Assembly: GCA_964016885.1 (NCBI GenBank) | Contig: OZ024740.1 | Coordinates: forward strand, 146,196,001 to 146,260,000 | Source of the DNA: Eledone cirrhosa | Lineage: Eukaryota | Direction: 5' to 3' | Length of the DNA stretch: 64,000 nt | Shown: positions 23,514 to 35,859 of the stretch, one piece after another | Numbering within the stretch: the first letter of the stretch is position 1 | Layout of the letters: each line of letters starts with the position of its first letter | Program-made: the position numbers and the translations under genes | The notes under the pieces: model-generated | Databases searched by the model: none | Told to the model about the DNA's origin: nothing | What the model saw: only the letters and a program-made list of their open reading frames with translations

Positions 23514-23817
23514 TATATCAAATAATGTTTATGAATAAACATTTGAAAGCCTTTAGCTATGAATTGTAAATGTGATGACTGATGTCATCTACCTTGTTCC
23601 AGCAGAAACAGGGGGAAGCAACCAACAGCACTGTTTCTGGCTATTTGGCCATTTTCAAGGTCACACACCCCTTCCTTGCCTTCTTCTGGAACTCAAATAA
23701 GCGTACTTCCCTTTGCTTCTGCTGGAACAAGGTAGATTACATCTGTTATCACTTTTAAAATTCATAGCTAAAGGCTTTTAAATGTTTATTCGTAAACATA
23801 TATATTATTCGATATAT
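23514..23817 (-). mobile_element. Penelope-like inverted-repeat element (~100-bp arms) enclosing a hammerhead
   Basis: Arms at ~23514-23618 and 23706-23817, flanked by TG/TA tracts. Confidence 0.7.
23618..23664 (-). ncRNA. Type I hammerhead ribozyme, U3-A8 core variant
   Basis: Minus strand: GUGACC-UUGAAAA-UGGC(CAAAUA)GCCA-GAA-ACAG(UG)CUGU-U-GGUUGC. All three stems close and the cleavage triplet is GUU. Confidence 0.8.
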
Positions 23818-24554
23818 ATATTTATGGGGGAGGGTGTCTGTGTATAGGTGTGGGCATGTGTGAATCTAGGTCTGCATCAGCATGGTTAAAAATTCAGTGA
23901 TTAGGTCTCAAGAAAAATGCCAAGCAGCAGAAATACAAAGTTTATAATACCTAACGCAGGAAGAAATGTTTTGTTTCAGGCATTGGTGCTTTGAGAAGCA
24001 AGCAAGAAAGTTTTGTAGTAGTACAATGTAAAATGAGTGCTGTAACAGAGGCATTGTGTTTTGTGTGGTTTTTGGTCTGTGTATGTGTAGTTGTTGTATG
24101 TATGCACCGCCATGCTTAAAATGCCCAACAAACACTGTCAATACAGCGCCTGTACGCTCTATCAGGAGTTACGGGCCCATACATACATACATACATACAT
24201 ATCATCCTACCACATTCTCTTCAGCACACAATGCTACGGCACTTTCAACTTCTCCATTCTGATCCTGCCATTTTCTTATTCCCCTCATATTCCTCTCTTC
24301 CTTAGGTCATGCAGATTGCAGACACAATCTCCCTACCACCACCTCCACATATGCAAACTGGATCATTTAACTGTTCCTGCTGTGCTACCTGTCTATTCCA
24401 GATATTAATGGTTTCCTCTTTGACATGGACAGGTTCACCTGCCCCACAAGTATCCTCATCTATTGCATTATATGCCAATTATCTGCTCAGCTGTATGTAG
24501 ACTAGACAGGCTGAAAATTAACCAATAGATTTGGCAAACTCCTTTGGGTTGTCT

Positions 24555-24730
24555 TAAAGTTTCTAATTTAGGCACAAGGCCAACAATTCCTGGGGAGAAA
24601 TCGATTACATCAACCCTAGTACTGGACTGGTACTTTATTTTATCGACCCCAGTTTTGAACTTGGAATGTAAAGGGTCATAAATGCTGCAAATCATGTTGT
24701 CTGACGTTCTTATGGTTCTGCTAATTCACT
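24555..24730 (-). mobile_element. Nin/Deu-like SINE
   Basis: Contains GGCACAAGGCC...TGGTACTTTATTTTATCGACCCC. Confidence 0.7.
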
Positions 24731-25149
24731 GCTCTTTTGAAAACAATGCTAGGTTACCTGACCACATTTCTTTGCACCTCTGTTTAACTGTTTCGATACT
24801 AGACTGCCCCTGACTCTGATACAAAACTGTTTGTTTTAATGTGTTTATATTTATCTCCATCTCTGCAATTGGTTTCCCTACATCCTTGTTACAGTGAGAG
24901 CAAATAATTTTCTATCCTGGAACAACACAACCACATTGGCTAAACAACTGTATTACCATCCTATCATACACATAACTGCACCCATGCACCTACACATATA
25001 AATACACACACACATATTGCACCACTCATACAGTTCATTCAGCTACACACATATATACATAGACTAGACCCCTGCGCACGTGCGCGCTCACTTGCACACG
25101 CTCACTCGCACATGCTCCCTCGCACTCGCACATGCTTCCTCGCACATGG

Positions 25150-25356
25150 ACTCACACACACTCATACACACACACTCACTCACGCTCTCTCTCGCTCTCT
25201 CTCTCTCTCACTCTCACTCTCTCTCACTCACTCTCTCTCACTCACTCTCTCTCACTCACTCTCTCACTCACACTCTCTCACTCACACTCTCTCACTCACT
25301 CTCTCTCACACTCTCTCTCACACTCTCTCTCACACTCTCTCTCACGCTCTCTCTCA

Positions 25357-25392
<36 letters not shown>
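25150..25392. repeat. CA/CT compound microsatellite
   Basis: Read directly. Confidence 0.9.
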
Positions 25393-25399
<7 letters not shown>

Positions 25400-26267
25400 C
25401 AATGCATGCTGCATGCATTCACATTTAATCATGTATACACACACATGTGCATTTCACTACAAATGCATACACTTTAATACATATACATATATAACCATGT
25501 AACAGTGTACACGCATGCGTACATATACACACGCACACAATCTGCCACTGCTATAGTTGACTTGTTCACCCATTGTATTTCTTTTATAATCAGTCTCTTA
25601 TCTGTACAACCTCTTTTCCACTTCTCTACTACTTTCACTCTGGCATTCATTTCACATTATGCCACCATAATAACATGTGTAATTTCATTCCATAGGTTTT
25701 TTTTTTTTCTTTTCTATTATTTTCTTTCTGCTTTTCCTTGAAGAATGACTACCATACTAAACATAGAACATTTCTAATTTATTCTCTTTTCTAGAATTAA
25801 ACTAATATTAGCTTTAAACTAATATGCAGAAAAGGAGTAGGTAGAAACTCTACACTGTCCACAATGCAAATCTAGGGTACACAGGAGGTGTAGCAGGATA
25901 GCATGCAAACTAACAGGAAAGGAAGACTTTGCATGTAATAGATATTCAGGGAAAATTGATAGTAACCTTATCAGTGATATAAATCCACGAAGGATCCATA
26001 TAAGTGGTTGATAGCTCCTGCTACCTAGGTGACCAGAAATCCCAGTGGAAGGAAGTTGCAGTAGAGGAAGGCGAAGGAAGACCTGGGCAGAAGTTATGAG
26101 AGCTGATCTCATATTGCTGAAGCTCATGAAGACATGACAAAGGATCACAAGTGGAGAGATGTTGTGCTGAAAAAAGCCTGTCCAACCCATACAAGCATGG
26201 AAAAGCAGGCATAAAATGATTAACTCTGTATTTCCATTGACTTGTACTGAGACCTTCCTTTACATAT

Positions 26268-26306
<39 letters not shown>

Positions 26307-27299
26307 CATTCATTCATTCATTCATTAAGGCCAATCTTGTTACTTTGGAGTTTCTCCTATGCACTCACAGGAGAAATTCTAGAGTAATATTGAGCACTCA
26401 TTTTTGCAATTGTCATTATTGTATATATAATATATTTGCACACAAACCACACGCACACATGCGCCAAGCACATCTTGTTGCTATTTCTTGGACAAAAAAT
26501 TTATTTGAATGCATTCTGAAATTTCTGTCTCTGGCATTTAAAAGATTAGATGAAATAGGATTTTAGTTTAACTGTAATATCTAGATTCAGTATCTTGGCT
26601 GTGTTTGACACTTTTATTGTAAATCTTGTTGCTGCTTGAGAAACTTAAAAATTAGATTTAAAAGCATACATCTCTAATATTCAAATGTTTTATCATTAGA
26701 GTAAGATTATGCCAACAACATTGCCAGTGCTGATTAAACTGTTTTTACAGTACATATCACGTTAAGTAGTATAACAACCAATTATCGTGTAGCAGCAACC
26801 TATTTCTGATGTTGCTCTAAGCATTTTAGTTGAATTCTCATATTTAATCCCTCCCTGCATTAAAAGAAGTGTGAGAATTAGTAGTCACATAAATGTTTAC
26901 ATGATTTCTCAGAAAAGCCTTATTGCAATATGCTGTTTCTTTAACATGAATATTATATTAATGGACCTGCTCGCCCTCCTGCGAAATGTAATGTAAAATG
27001 CAATTTTTTCTTGTCTCTCCAGCCTTTCAGTCCATTCATTCATATACCCGTATCCTCGCCCAGAATCCAATCTTTTGCTCTCTCTCAATGCTATTCTATA
27101 ATTCTGTCTGGTTGTTCTAAATAATCTTCTTGTATTTTAAAATCCCATTATTCGCTTAATACTGTTATATGCTTGTCCAATTATGCCCAAAATTCGAAGA
27201 TTTTATTTAAACCCTCTCGCTAACTACCCCATACCCATCCCACCCGCCCCCCACTCTCCACCATTATTATTAGGACCAATCATAAGTCAGCGGCCTATG

Positions 27300-30200
27300 C
27301 TATCACTTCTGGTTGCTTTTTGATATGATGGATGGACTAAGGAATTCTGGAGAGTCTGAAAAATCTGGACACTCAGTGACAATGCCAAAGATAGACAAAT
27401 TCACCTCATGCTGCCGGACGAAAAGGCAAGGACTCCCCCTCTTTGTTTCGGCCGCGGATGGCCAACATAACCCCATCCCCCTCACCCATTCCCACCCACC
27501 AAACGCAATCCAAAACTTCAGAGTTGGTACCATGAATGTAGGCACCTTAAAAAGTCGCTCTAACGAGGTTGTAGAAATGCTTGGACGTAAGGAGGTTGTT
27601 TGCTGTATCCAAGAGACCAGGTGGAGGGGTGGGTCTGCAAGATTCATTGTGGGTAAAAAACGGTGCTATAAGCTTTTCTGGGTAGGAAATGACAATGGGC
27701 TGGGTGGGGTAGGAATCATGTTAGCAGAAAAATGGGTAGATAAGATAATAGACGTAAATAGAGTGAACGACAGAATAATTAAAATAAGACTTGTCCTAAA
27801 TAGAACTACTGTGACAGTAATATCTGCGTATGCACCCCAATCCGGACTGCCTGGCGCTATAAAAGACAGATTCTATGAGACATTGATGCTCACTACCTCC
27901 CAAATAACCGACAGTGACTACATAATTATTGCTGGCGACCTAAATGGTCACATTGGACAACATGTTGACGGCTATGACGGAATCCATGGAGGCTATGGGT
28001 TTGGTACTAGAAATGAGGAAGGCTCCAGAATCCTGGAATTCTGTGACGCAAATAACCTAACTATCTGTAACACTAACTTCAAAAAATGAGACAATCACTT
28101 GATCACCTATAGATCAGGGGAACACGCCAGTCAGATAGATTATATCCTTACCAGAAGACGTGATAGTGTCTGTTCTAAACACTAAATCCCTCCCCCATAA
28201 CGAATCCACTTGCCAACATAGACTCATAGTCAGCGACCTCATAGTCAGGACAAGACGTACTCAACAACAGAGGAGGACTATCTTCAGGAGAAAAATATGG
28301 AAGCTAAAGGACCCCACAGCCAGTAGTAAATTTTTACTTGATGCTTTCGATTACTTGATGCTTTTGACAGTGCTTTCGACAGTAAGGAAGAGCAATTAGT
28401 CGTACAATATAGAGGAACAGTGGGAATTCCTGAAAGCTAACCTGCTGAAGGCGGCAGATGAAGTCTGTGACTGGAGCAGGCCTATAGGCAGGAGGAGAGT
28501 AACGTGGTAGTGGAACAGTAAGGTGGAGGAGTCAATTAAGGCCAAAACGTAGGCTGGGAAAGTATGGGGGAAGTAGAGAAGACTATCAAGTGGCCAGGAG
28601 GGAAGCTAGGAGACAAGTGTACTTCGCAAGAAGGGAAGCAGAGGAAAGAAAGTTCAAGCATGTTCTACAATGCGAGGACCAAAAACGTGAGGTGTTCAGG
28701 ATTACTAGGCAGTGTGTCAAGGAAAATCGTGATATTGTTGGGGAGAAGTGTGTCCTTAATGATGATGGTGTACTTACCATCACTGACGCTGATAAGGTAG
28801 CTTGGAAGTGTCACTACGAAAGGCTACTAAATGAGGAGAATAAATGGGAGAAAGACAGTCTCCCCCACATCGATCCAATAGAGGGACCAGCAGTGCTAGT
28901 TGAAGGTAGTATAATAAGTAAGGCAATCAAAGATATGAAGACGGGTAAGGCGGCTGGGCCTTCGGAAATAGTTGCTGAAATGCTGAAAGCATCTGGAACG
29001 GTGGGACACACTATGGTCACCCGGATAGTAAACCAAGTCATACAGAATGGGGCCGTTCCGAAGGACTGGCGTAGCAGCATCATCATTAACTGCTACAAGG
29101 GTAAAGGAGTTGCCCTAGATAGGGGTAACTATAGAGGCATTAAATTAATCGACCAAGTCATGAAGGTCACATGTTCATCAGGGCTCCGTTCTTAGCCCCC
29201 TCCTATCTATTTATTATTGCCCTTCAGGCTATAACAGGAGTTCAAGACCGGCTGCCCATGGGAACTCCTATATGCCGATGATCTAACGCTCATAGCTGAA
29301 TCAATGGCTGAACTAGAGAAGAAATTCCAAACATGGAAGCACGGCCTAGAATCAAAAGGCCTTAAAGTTAACTTGTGTAAGACTAAAGTTCTAGTTTGTA
29401 GGAAGGAAAATAGGGCACCGGTCCCATCTGGGAAATGGCCATGCTCAGTGTGTAGGAAAGGAGGAGGCAGAAACTCCATTTTATGTCCCAAATGCAAAGT
29501 ATGGGTGCATAAAAGATGTAGTGGGATCACAGGTAAGCTAACTAAGAATATAGATTTTATATGTGGCCGGTGCTCTGGTGCAATAAGTAGCAGCAAGTGC
29601 CTACAGAATACTAGCTCATTCCATTGCACAGATGGTTCTATAGAAATAGTGGACACCTTCCATTACTTGGGCGACAAAATCAGCAGTGGGGGAGGGTGCT
29701 CTGAAAGTACAGTAGCTAGTCAGAACGGGATGGAAAAAGTTCAGAGAGCTTATACCACTATTAGCTGCTAAAGGGTTCTCTCTAAAAATGAAATGCAGGC
29801 TGTATGATGCCTGCATACGAACAGCAATGTTACATGGCAGTGAGACCTGGGCATTGTGTGCAGAGGATATATGCAGACTGGAGAGGAACGAAGCTTGCAT
29901 GCTCCGTTGGATGTGTAATAGTAATATACGTGAACGGCAAAGCATAAACGAACTAAGGGAAAAATTAGGAATAAGAGGGATCAGATGTTGTTTACTTGAG
30001 AGAAGACTACGTTGGTATGGTCATGTGATGCGAATGAAAGACGACAGCTGTATAAAAAAAAGTGCAGGGCGATATAAAAATAGACGGTAGCCACGGAGTA
30101 GGCAGACCCAGAAAAACCTGGGACGACTTGATAAATTCCGACCTCACACACTTACACCTCTCCAAGACAATGTCACTGGACCGAGATCTTTGGCGCTACA

Positions 30201-30408
30201 CAGTAATACAGAAGACCCGCCTTGCCTAAGTAAAAACCTTGCAGTCCACACTGTAAATGTGGTTGGTGTTAGGAAGGGCATCCAGCCGTAGAAAACCCGC
30301 CAGACAGTCCTATACGAGCAGGACAACCAATCTTGCTGCAAGTGGGAAAACTCCCGTCCAAACTCATGCAAGCGTGGAAGATGGACGTTAAATGATGATG
30401 ATGATGAT
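27300..30408 (+). mobile_element. Near full-length RTE LINE, inactivated (APE endonuclease, RT, PHD-like finger, 3'UTR, (GAT)n tail)
   Basis: EN motifs GTMNVGTL, CIQETRW, SAYAPQ, AGDLNGHIG and RT motif LLYADD. Stops and frameshifts, plus a ~110-codon deletion at ~29171 that removes the first catalytic Asp region. 5' end approximate. Confidence 0.92.
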
Positions 30409-30719
30409 TATTTCATTTAGCTTGTTTTTCCATATTAATTATTATTTGAAACATATTTATCTTCTCGTTATTGGTGTGAAAATATAAGCATTCAAATCTT
30501 TACATATCAAATAGTAAAGTATTTTCACATGTAACAGATTCCTATAGAGAAAATCGGTTATAAAAATAGTGTTATGAAACATTTATTTCTCTGGATATGT
30601 TTGTTTCTTTCCTTGTTTTTCTCACAGATTATGCACTTTTTGTTTCATTTGACAGATATTTAGATGAATCATTCTGAAATTACTTCACACTTAAATATGC
30701 ATTTGTTTAATTTTATTTA

Positions 30720-31092
30720 TCACGACCATGACCTCTGGCGTCGCGCAGTAATACAGAAGACCCTATTCCACCCCCCCACCCCGGTACAAGCTGAAGCATA
30801 TAGACAATATGCCCCCACACCCTCTCACTGCAAAGTGGTCGTGGAGGTGCCACGGCAAAAAAAAAAAAAAACCACCCAGCCCACACTGTAAAGTGGACGT
30901 GTAGGCACCATGGGAAAAAAGCACCCAGCACTCACTGTGAATGAGGTTGGTGTTAGGAAGGGCATCCAGCTGTATAAATCAACCCAGAATCGGTTCCCAT
31001 ATGAGCAAGGCATGGTCAACCGACTGGCTACTGCCCACAATAGGACAACCCATGCTAGCGTGGAAGAACGGACATAAAACGGTGATGATGAT
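30720..31092 (+). mobile_element. 5'-truncated RTE 3' end
   Basis: Close match to the reverse complement of ~61225-61605. Ends in (GAT)n. Confidence 0.85.
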
Positions 31093-32076
31093 TTAAAAAG
31101 TTGCAAAACATTCAGATTTTCCTATTGATAAAACAGGAAAATACTTAAGTGCCTTTAGTTGATTCAACTTGTTTGCAAGCATTCAACCCAGGTCTGTGTG
31201 AGGAGGCGAGTTTTTCTTTTTGCCAGCATGCACATATCGATGAATATATATATATATATCTTAGTTCTACTTTGAAGTCTCTATGTTTATGTAAATATCA
31301 GTTTCTTTGTATATATTGTTATTTAGCAATATATTTCATCCCTAGTGGCCAATTTAGCAATATATGCTATATTTTTTGTGTATTGGCATTCATCTTTTTG
31401 ATGATTTTTCTCTTGTTTTCAAAAATATTGCTTCTAAAGTGAACATTCCCTTGCAGATTTAATGTTATTAGCATATAATAAATACCAATATTGTTTACAG
31501 ATTTAATTTTCTGATAACATTCTGGAATGTCCATAACTGCCAATGTATATATCATTTAGAAAAGAAAAGGATTTAAATTGTTGCATTTCCAGAAATTAAC
31601 TTGAATGTGATCAATTTTGTTTACCCATAGCTTAAAAATGTAATTTTTAGATTTTCTGAGTATATTTTTTTATCCCAAGAAAATGATGTTGCAAAACGTA
31701 CATAGTTAGAATTTAATTATTGAATGCTTTAAATCAGGAAGGTTACATTTAATTATTTAGAAATGCAAATGATAAATGGAATTAACTAAAACATTTTTCT
31801 TTTAAAGGCAATTCCATATTTAATTGAATTTGATATATTAGAAATCTAAGAGATATAACAACTTAACTCATATTTAGATTAAAACATTCCATCACAATTT
31901 TATGTAAGAAATTTTAAAGTTATTTTCCAAATACCACCTTAATAACGATGAAATTATTTTAGTAGATCCTTTAGAATTCTTGAATTATTTTCAAAATTAA
32001 TTGAACTGTATACAGAATGATTTGCTTTTTGTTTAGTCTTTATCTTATTGTCATGACTTTTCATTTACTATTTTAG

Positions 32077-32181
32077 TTTCAAAACACCATATCAGAGGGG
32101 AACTTATTCAGGGGCTTTATCCAAAGGGAATATGGCACTGATGAAGGAAAGACCCATATCATTGACTTTATGCAGTGGAAA
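32077..32181 (+). CDS. Tetraspanin coding exon (EC2 helices A/B): FQNTISEGNLFRGFIQREYGTDEGKTHIIDFMQWK
   Basis: ttttag acceptor and gtaaat donor. 105 nt, phase 0. Its DxxQ motif leads into LQCCG. Absent from the ORF track. Confidence 0.88.
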
Positions 32182-33483
32182 GTAAATATTACACCTTTCT
32201 TTGTTGTTTCTTTTTTCGGTGTTTTTTTTTTTGTCAAAATATATATGGTTTTGTTTTAACCCAGTTTTTATTAAATTATAGAACAAATAAAATAGAGGCA
32301 CAGGTGTCTTAAGTGTTTCTTACTGTAACACTGGGTGAACCAGTGCCTTGTAATTAGAATTTAATAGATGAAAACTATGCAGAAACTCATTCTATATGTA
32401 TACCAGTGTTGTTTATTTATTTTGTCCTGTTACTTGGCAGACTGACAAACAGACATCAATAAAATAACTACAATAAGTAGTGGGATCAATATGATGGTCT
32501 AAACCTTTGAAGGGAGTTTCCCAGCATAGCCACAGTTCTTTAAATGAAACCAGTAAAAGAATAGATGTTATGCAATGAAATATTCTTCTATTGTCTGCCA
32601 TTATAATTGTCATATTAGCATAAATAATGGAAGAATATTATTGATTTTTGTTCATTGATATTTCAGAAATACTGCTTGAATAAAGTGTTTTCAACCAAAG
32701 CAGTGTGTGTATTTTTGTTTTGTTTTTTTCAACTGGGGTAATGCAATAACTTTGGGTGCAAACTGTGTAATGGTACTGTATATAACTAGATTAAACTTGG
32801 AAAATAACATTAATTAATAGTACCGAAGATATGATATGTGGAGGTGGAGTGATATCATTGAAAAAATATTGAATCAAATACAGAATATAAAGTTGTAGCA
32901 TATTCACATTTCCACTAAAAAAAAATGAGGTCAGCATCACCTTTCATTTGCAGAAGGTACTTAGCATTGCCTGGGCGAACTAATTGCACCACTGATTATT
33001 GAATATTTTAATCTCCTACGTTAAGAGATTGTCCTCTCTTCAAATCTGAGTTTCTCTATAACTATGGAAAAATCTAATGTCTAAGTGTTTGGATGAAAAA
33101 TATATAATCATCATTTTACAACCATTTTTCCATGCCAATAAGGTTTGGGCAGATTATTACTAAATCGGGACTTGATCTCAGCCACTGTCCTCTTAGATAA
33201 GTTGAAGGTCCACATGTCGCTCAGTATGTTCCATATTTGGCATGGTTTCTATGGCTGGATATTCTTCGAAATGACATCACTTTACAGAGTAGACTAGGTG
33301 CATTTTGTAACACCAACACTGTCATGTTCTTGAACTGACTGAAGAGTCCTCTCTTATGTTAGCATTCAAATTTCAACCACTTTACAGTGTGTACCAAGTG
33401 CATTTTATAATGGCACTAATACTAGAAGTCAACTTGTTCCAAGACAAGCATGTTTCAGAGTAATTACAAATTCTATTCTGATA

Positions 33484-33893
33484 AGTATGTTTTAAAACAG
33501 TGAGCGAGTTTGAAATTAGAAATATAAGCTTTCACTGTATTTTTGACTAGAGAAATTTTTAGCCTGATAGTGGGGTTTAGAACCCTCAATCGGGCTAAAA
33601 ATTTCTTTAGTCAAAAATACGGTGAAAGCTTATATTTCTAATTTCAAACTCGCTCAGTTTCAAAACATACTTACTTGTCATTTACTTGGTAAGAATGTAG
33701 CTTCTAATTTGAATGGAAGGAGATGGGTGATGTGTTGGTGTAATGGTAGCACAGTGGTCTGGATAACCAAAGATGTGGGTTTGACTCCCATATACGTCAA
33801 TACTCATCTTTTTCCATTTCTCTGAGGGTTCTAAACCCCACTATCAGGCTAAAAATTTTAGTAAAAAATACGGTGAAAGCTTATATTTCTAAT
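33484..33893 (+). mobile_element. tRNA-containing element with Penelope-like inverted plus direct terminal repeats and 13-bp TSD
   Basis: Inverted arms at 33483-33568 and 33589-33672, direct partial repeat at 33823-33896. TSD TTCTATTCTGATA at 33471-33483 and 33894-33906. Confidence 0.75.
33729..33799 (+). pseudogene. tRNA-like cloverleaf (anticodon position GGA) inside a mobile element
   Basis: Acceptor GATGTGT/ATACGTC, D stem GTGT/GCAC, anticodon stem TGGT/ACCA, T stem GTGGG/CCCAT. The T-loop TTTGACT and T37 are non-canonical. Confidence 0.7.
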
Positions 33894-34314
33894 TTCTATT
33901 CTGATAGTTTCTTTCCTTGCACATCTCACTTATAGAATTCTCTTGACTTTTTACTTTCCTGGCCACTACAATTTGCAACAATTTAAAAGCATCAATCATC
34001 GTCTTCTCCTTCCTTGAATTGTTCTCTCTTGTCCTTTTTTTCTTCTCAGTAACCCCTTGCATTTTAGTGGCTTTATTGCCTTGCTTAGTGTGAGTAAAAA
34101 AAAAATAGAAGGAAAGTGGTGGCTAAAGGAGACATTGATGTAATATTATGAGTGTGTTAGGAGAGACAGTAATGGGATTATATGGAAGTGGGTATTGGTG
34201 GAGAGAGTGAGTAGAGGTTGAAATGAAGAGGTTGAATAAATAACAGCAGAAACTTGAAGCTGGGAGATAGGGAATGGTAGCTATATTATATTATGTTTAT
34301 ATATTATACTATTG

Positions 34315-34465
34315 TAAAAGTGGATGTGTAGGTGCCACGGAAAAATCACCCAGCACTCACTGTAAATGAGGTTGGTGTTAGGAAGGGCATCCATCTGTAG
34401 AAATCAAGCCAGAATCAGTTCCTGTCCCACCCTTGCAAGCAGGGAAAAGCGGACGTAAAATGAAA
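34315..34465 (+). mobile_element. RTE 3'-tail fragment
   Basis: Near-identical to 58520-58655. Confidence 0.8.
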
Positions 34466-35108
34466 ATTTACATTTATTTTAGACTTAATGTTATAAAACT
34501 TTTTATGTCTAGTGTTAAGCTGAATCACCATACAGTAAATCTAAACTCCCATTAGGTAATCTATAATCTTTTGATTGTTAGTTGAAGCCTTTTCACTTCA
34601 CATATATTTACTTTAAGACATGAACATCTCAGCATCCCACTTCAATTTATCATCTAAGGCCTTCAAATTAAAAATAATTTAAAGAGGGTGTTGTAGTTTG
34701 CTGAAGCATTGTATAGTGTAGAAAATAGTGTTTTATTATTGGGCTAAAGCAATGCAAATGGGACGTTAAATAGTAATTGAAAAGACTGGTGTAGTTACAT
34801 GAGCTGGAGTTTTTTGTTTTTTTTTAAATATAATAACTTAGTAATATCATGAGTCGGGAGAGTCATGACTTTAGTTTGGTTACTTTGTGATTGGTGTATA
34901 TTTTGATTATCAGAATTTTTCACCTAATCCTAAGAAATACATTAGCTTTGATATTTGTTTGGATAAGGTTTTTAGATTTTCATTTATCAGGATAAAATGG
35001 TTTTTTTTTCTTTTTTTTTTTTTTTCTCTTTTTTCTGTTCAATAAACACTGGTAATTATGTTTAACATGGTATATGGGTATTTCAATCATTTCTTTATTA
35101 AAACACAG

Positions 35109-35285
35109 CTGCAGTGTTGCGGTGGACAAAAATATTCCGATTATAAGAAATCCAACTGGGCTCAGCAGAACCAAAATAATATTGGCCAAGTACCATTATC
35201 TTGCTGTAATGACTACAAATCTAATGTAGCCACTAGTATCAATAAATATGGCTGCAAAGCAGAAGGATCAGCGACTCACAAGAGA
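35109..35285 (+). CDS. Tetraspanin coding exon (EC2 variable region): LQCCGGQKYSDY...VPLSCC...YGCKAEGSATHKR
   Basis: CCG and PxSCC motifs, cag acceptor, gtaagt donor. 177 nt, phase 0. Confidence 0.95.
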
Positions 35286-35775
35286 GTAAGTATTGTGGGT
35301 TTTTTAATTCCTATTAAATTTTTTGGTGATCAATAATAGTTTAGTGGCTTTGCTTTACTTTCAAGAAGTAAACTGTTGAATTATGGGTGTAATTTCAATA
35401 TATCAATTAGGGTGGGGGTGGGGCTCACTATAGTATATAAGATGCTTTAAGTTCCAAATACCATCTTAATAATGAGTTAATTTTACTAAATCCCTCTAAA
35501 TTTTTCATTATTTTCAAAATTAGTTTTTCATAAGAAATAAAGCAATGAAAGAGTTATCCTAAACTATTCTGTGAAGTAATTTTAGCCCACTTACACATTA
35601 ATTTCACAAGCAGAGAGTTCCAGTTATTGAATCAACTGGAGAACTCAGTTAGATACAATGAAGGTTTAACAATAATAATAATAATATACTATTTCATATC
35701 TTGATATTAACATTTACCCTTGAAATGCAGCATTAACTCTTCATTAATTTATTTTGTTTCTATTTATTCTTGAAG

Positions 35776-35859
35776 GGTTGTGGCAGTGCTATTGTAAATA
35801 TTGTTGAAGAGCGTCTTCTTCTTGTTACTGGAATAGTGGTGGCTATTCTAGCCTTACAG
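35776..35859 (+). CDS. Tetraspanin coding exon (GC motif, start of TM4): GCGSAIVNIVEERLLLVTGIVVAILALQ
   Basis: tgaag acceptor and gtaaat donor. 84 nt, phase 0. Confidence 0.92.

Noticed and set aside
27053-27059. TCCTCGC as the L3 loop of an HDV-like ribozyme upstream of the RTE
   Set aside because: The flanking bases do not form P3 or P1, and no double pseudoknot could be built.
27300-30408. Active autonomous RTE
   Set aside because: Multiple stops and frameshifts plus a large RT deletion. The copy at 61220-64000 is also frameshifted.
32137-32150. CTGATGA..GAAA inside a tetraspanin exon (similar cores at ~36895 and ~42430)
   Set aside because: No stem II or stem I/III pairing. Chance matches.
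33729-33799. Functional tRNA-Ser(GGA) gene
   Set aside because: No long variable arm, pyrimidine at position 37, mutated T-loop, and it lies inside a TSD-bounded mobile element.
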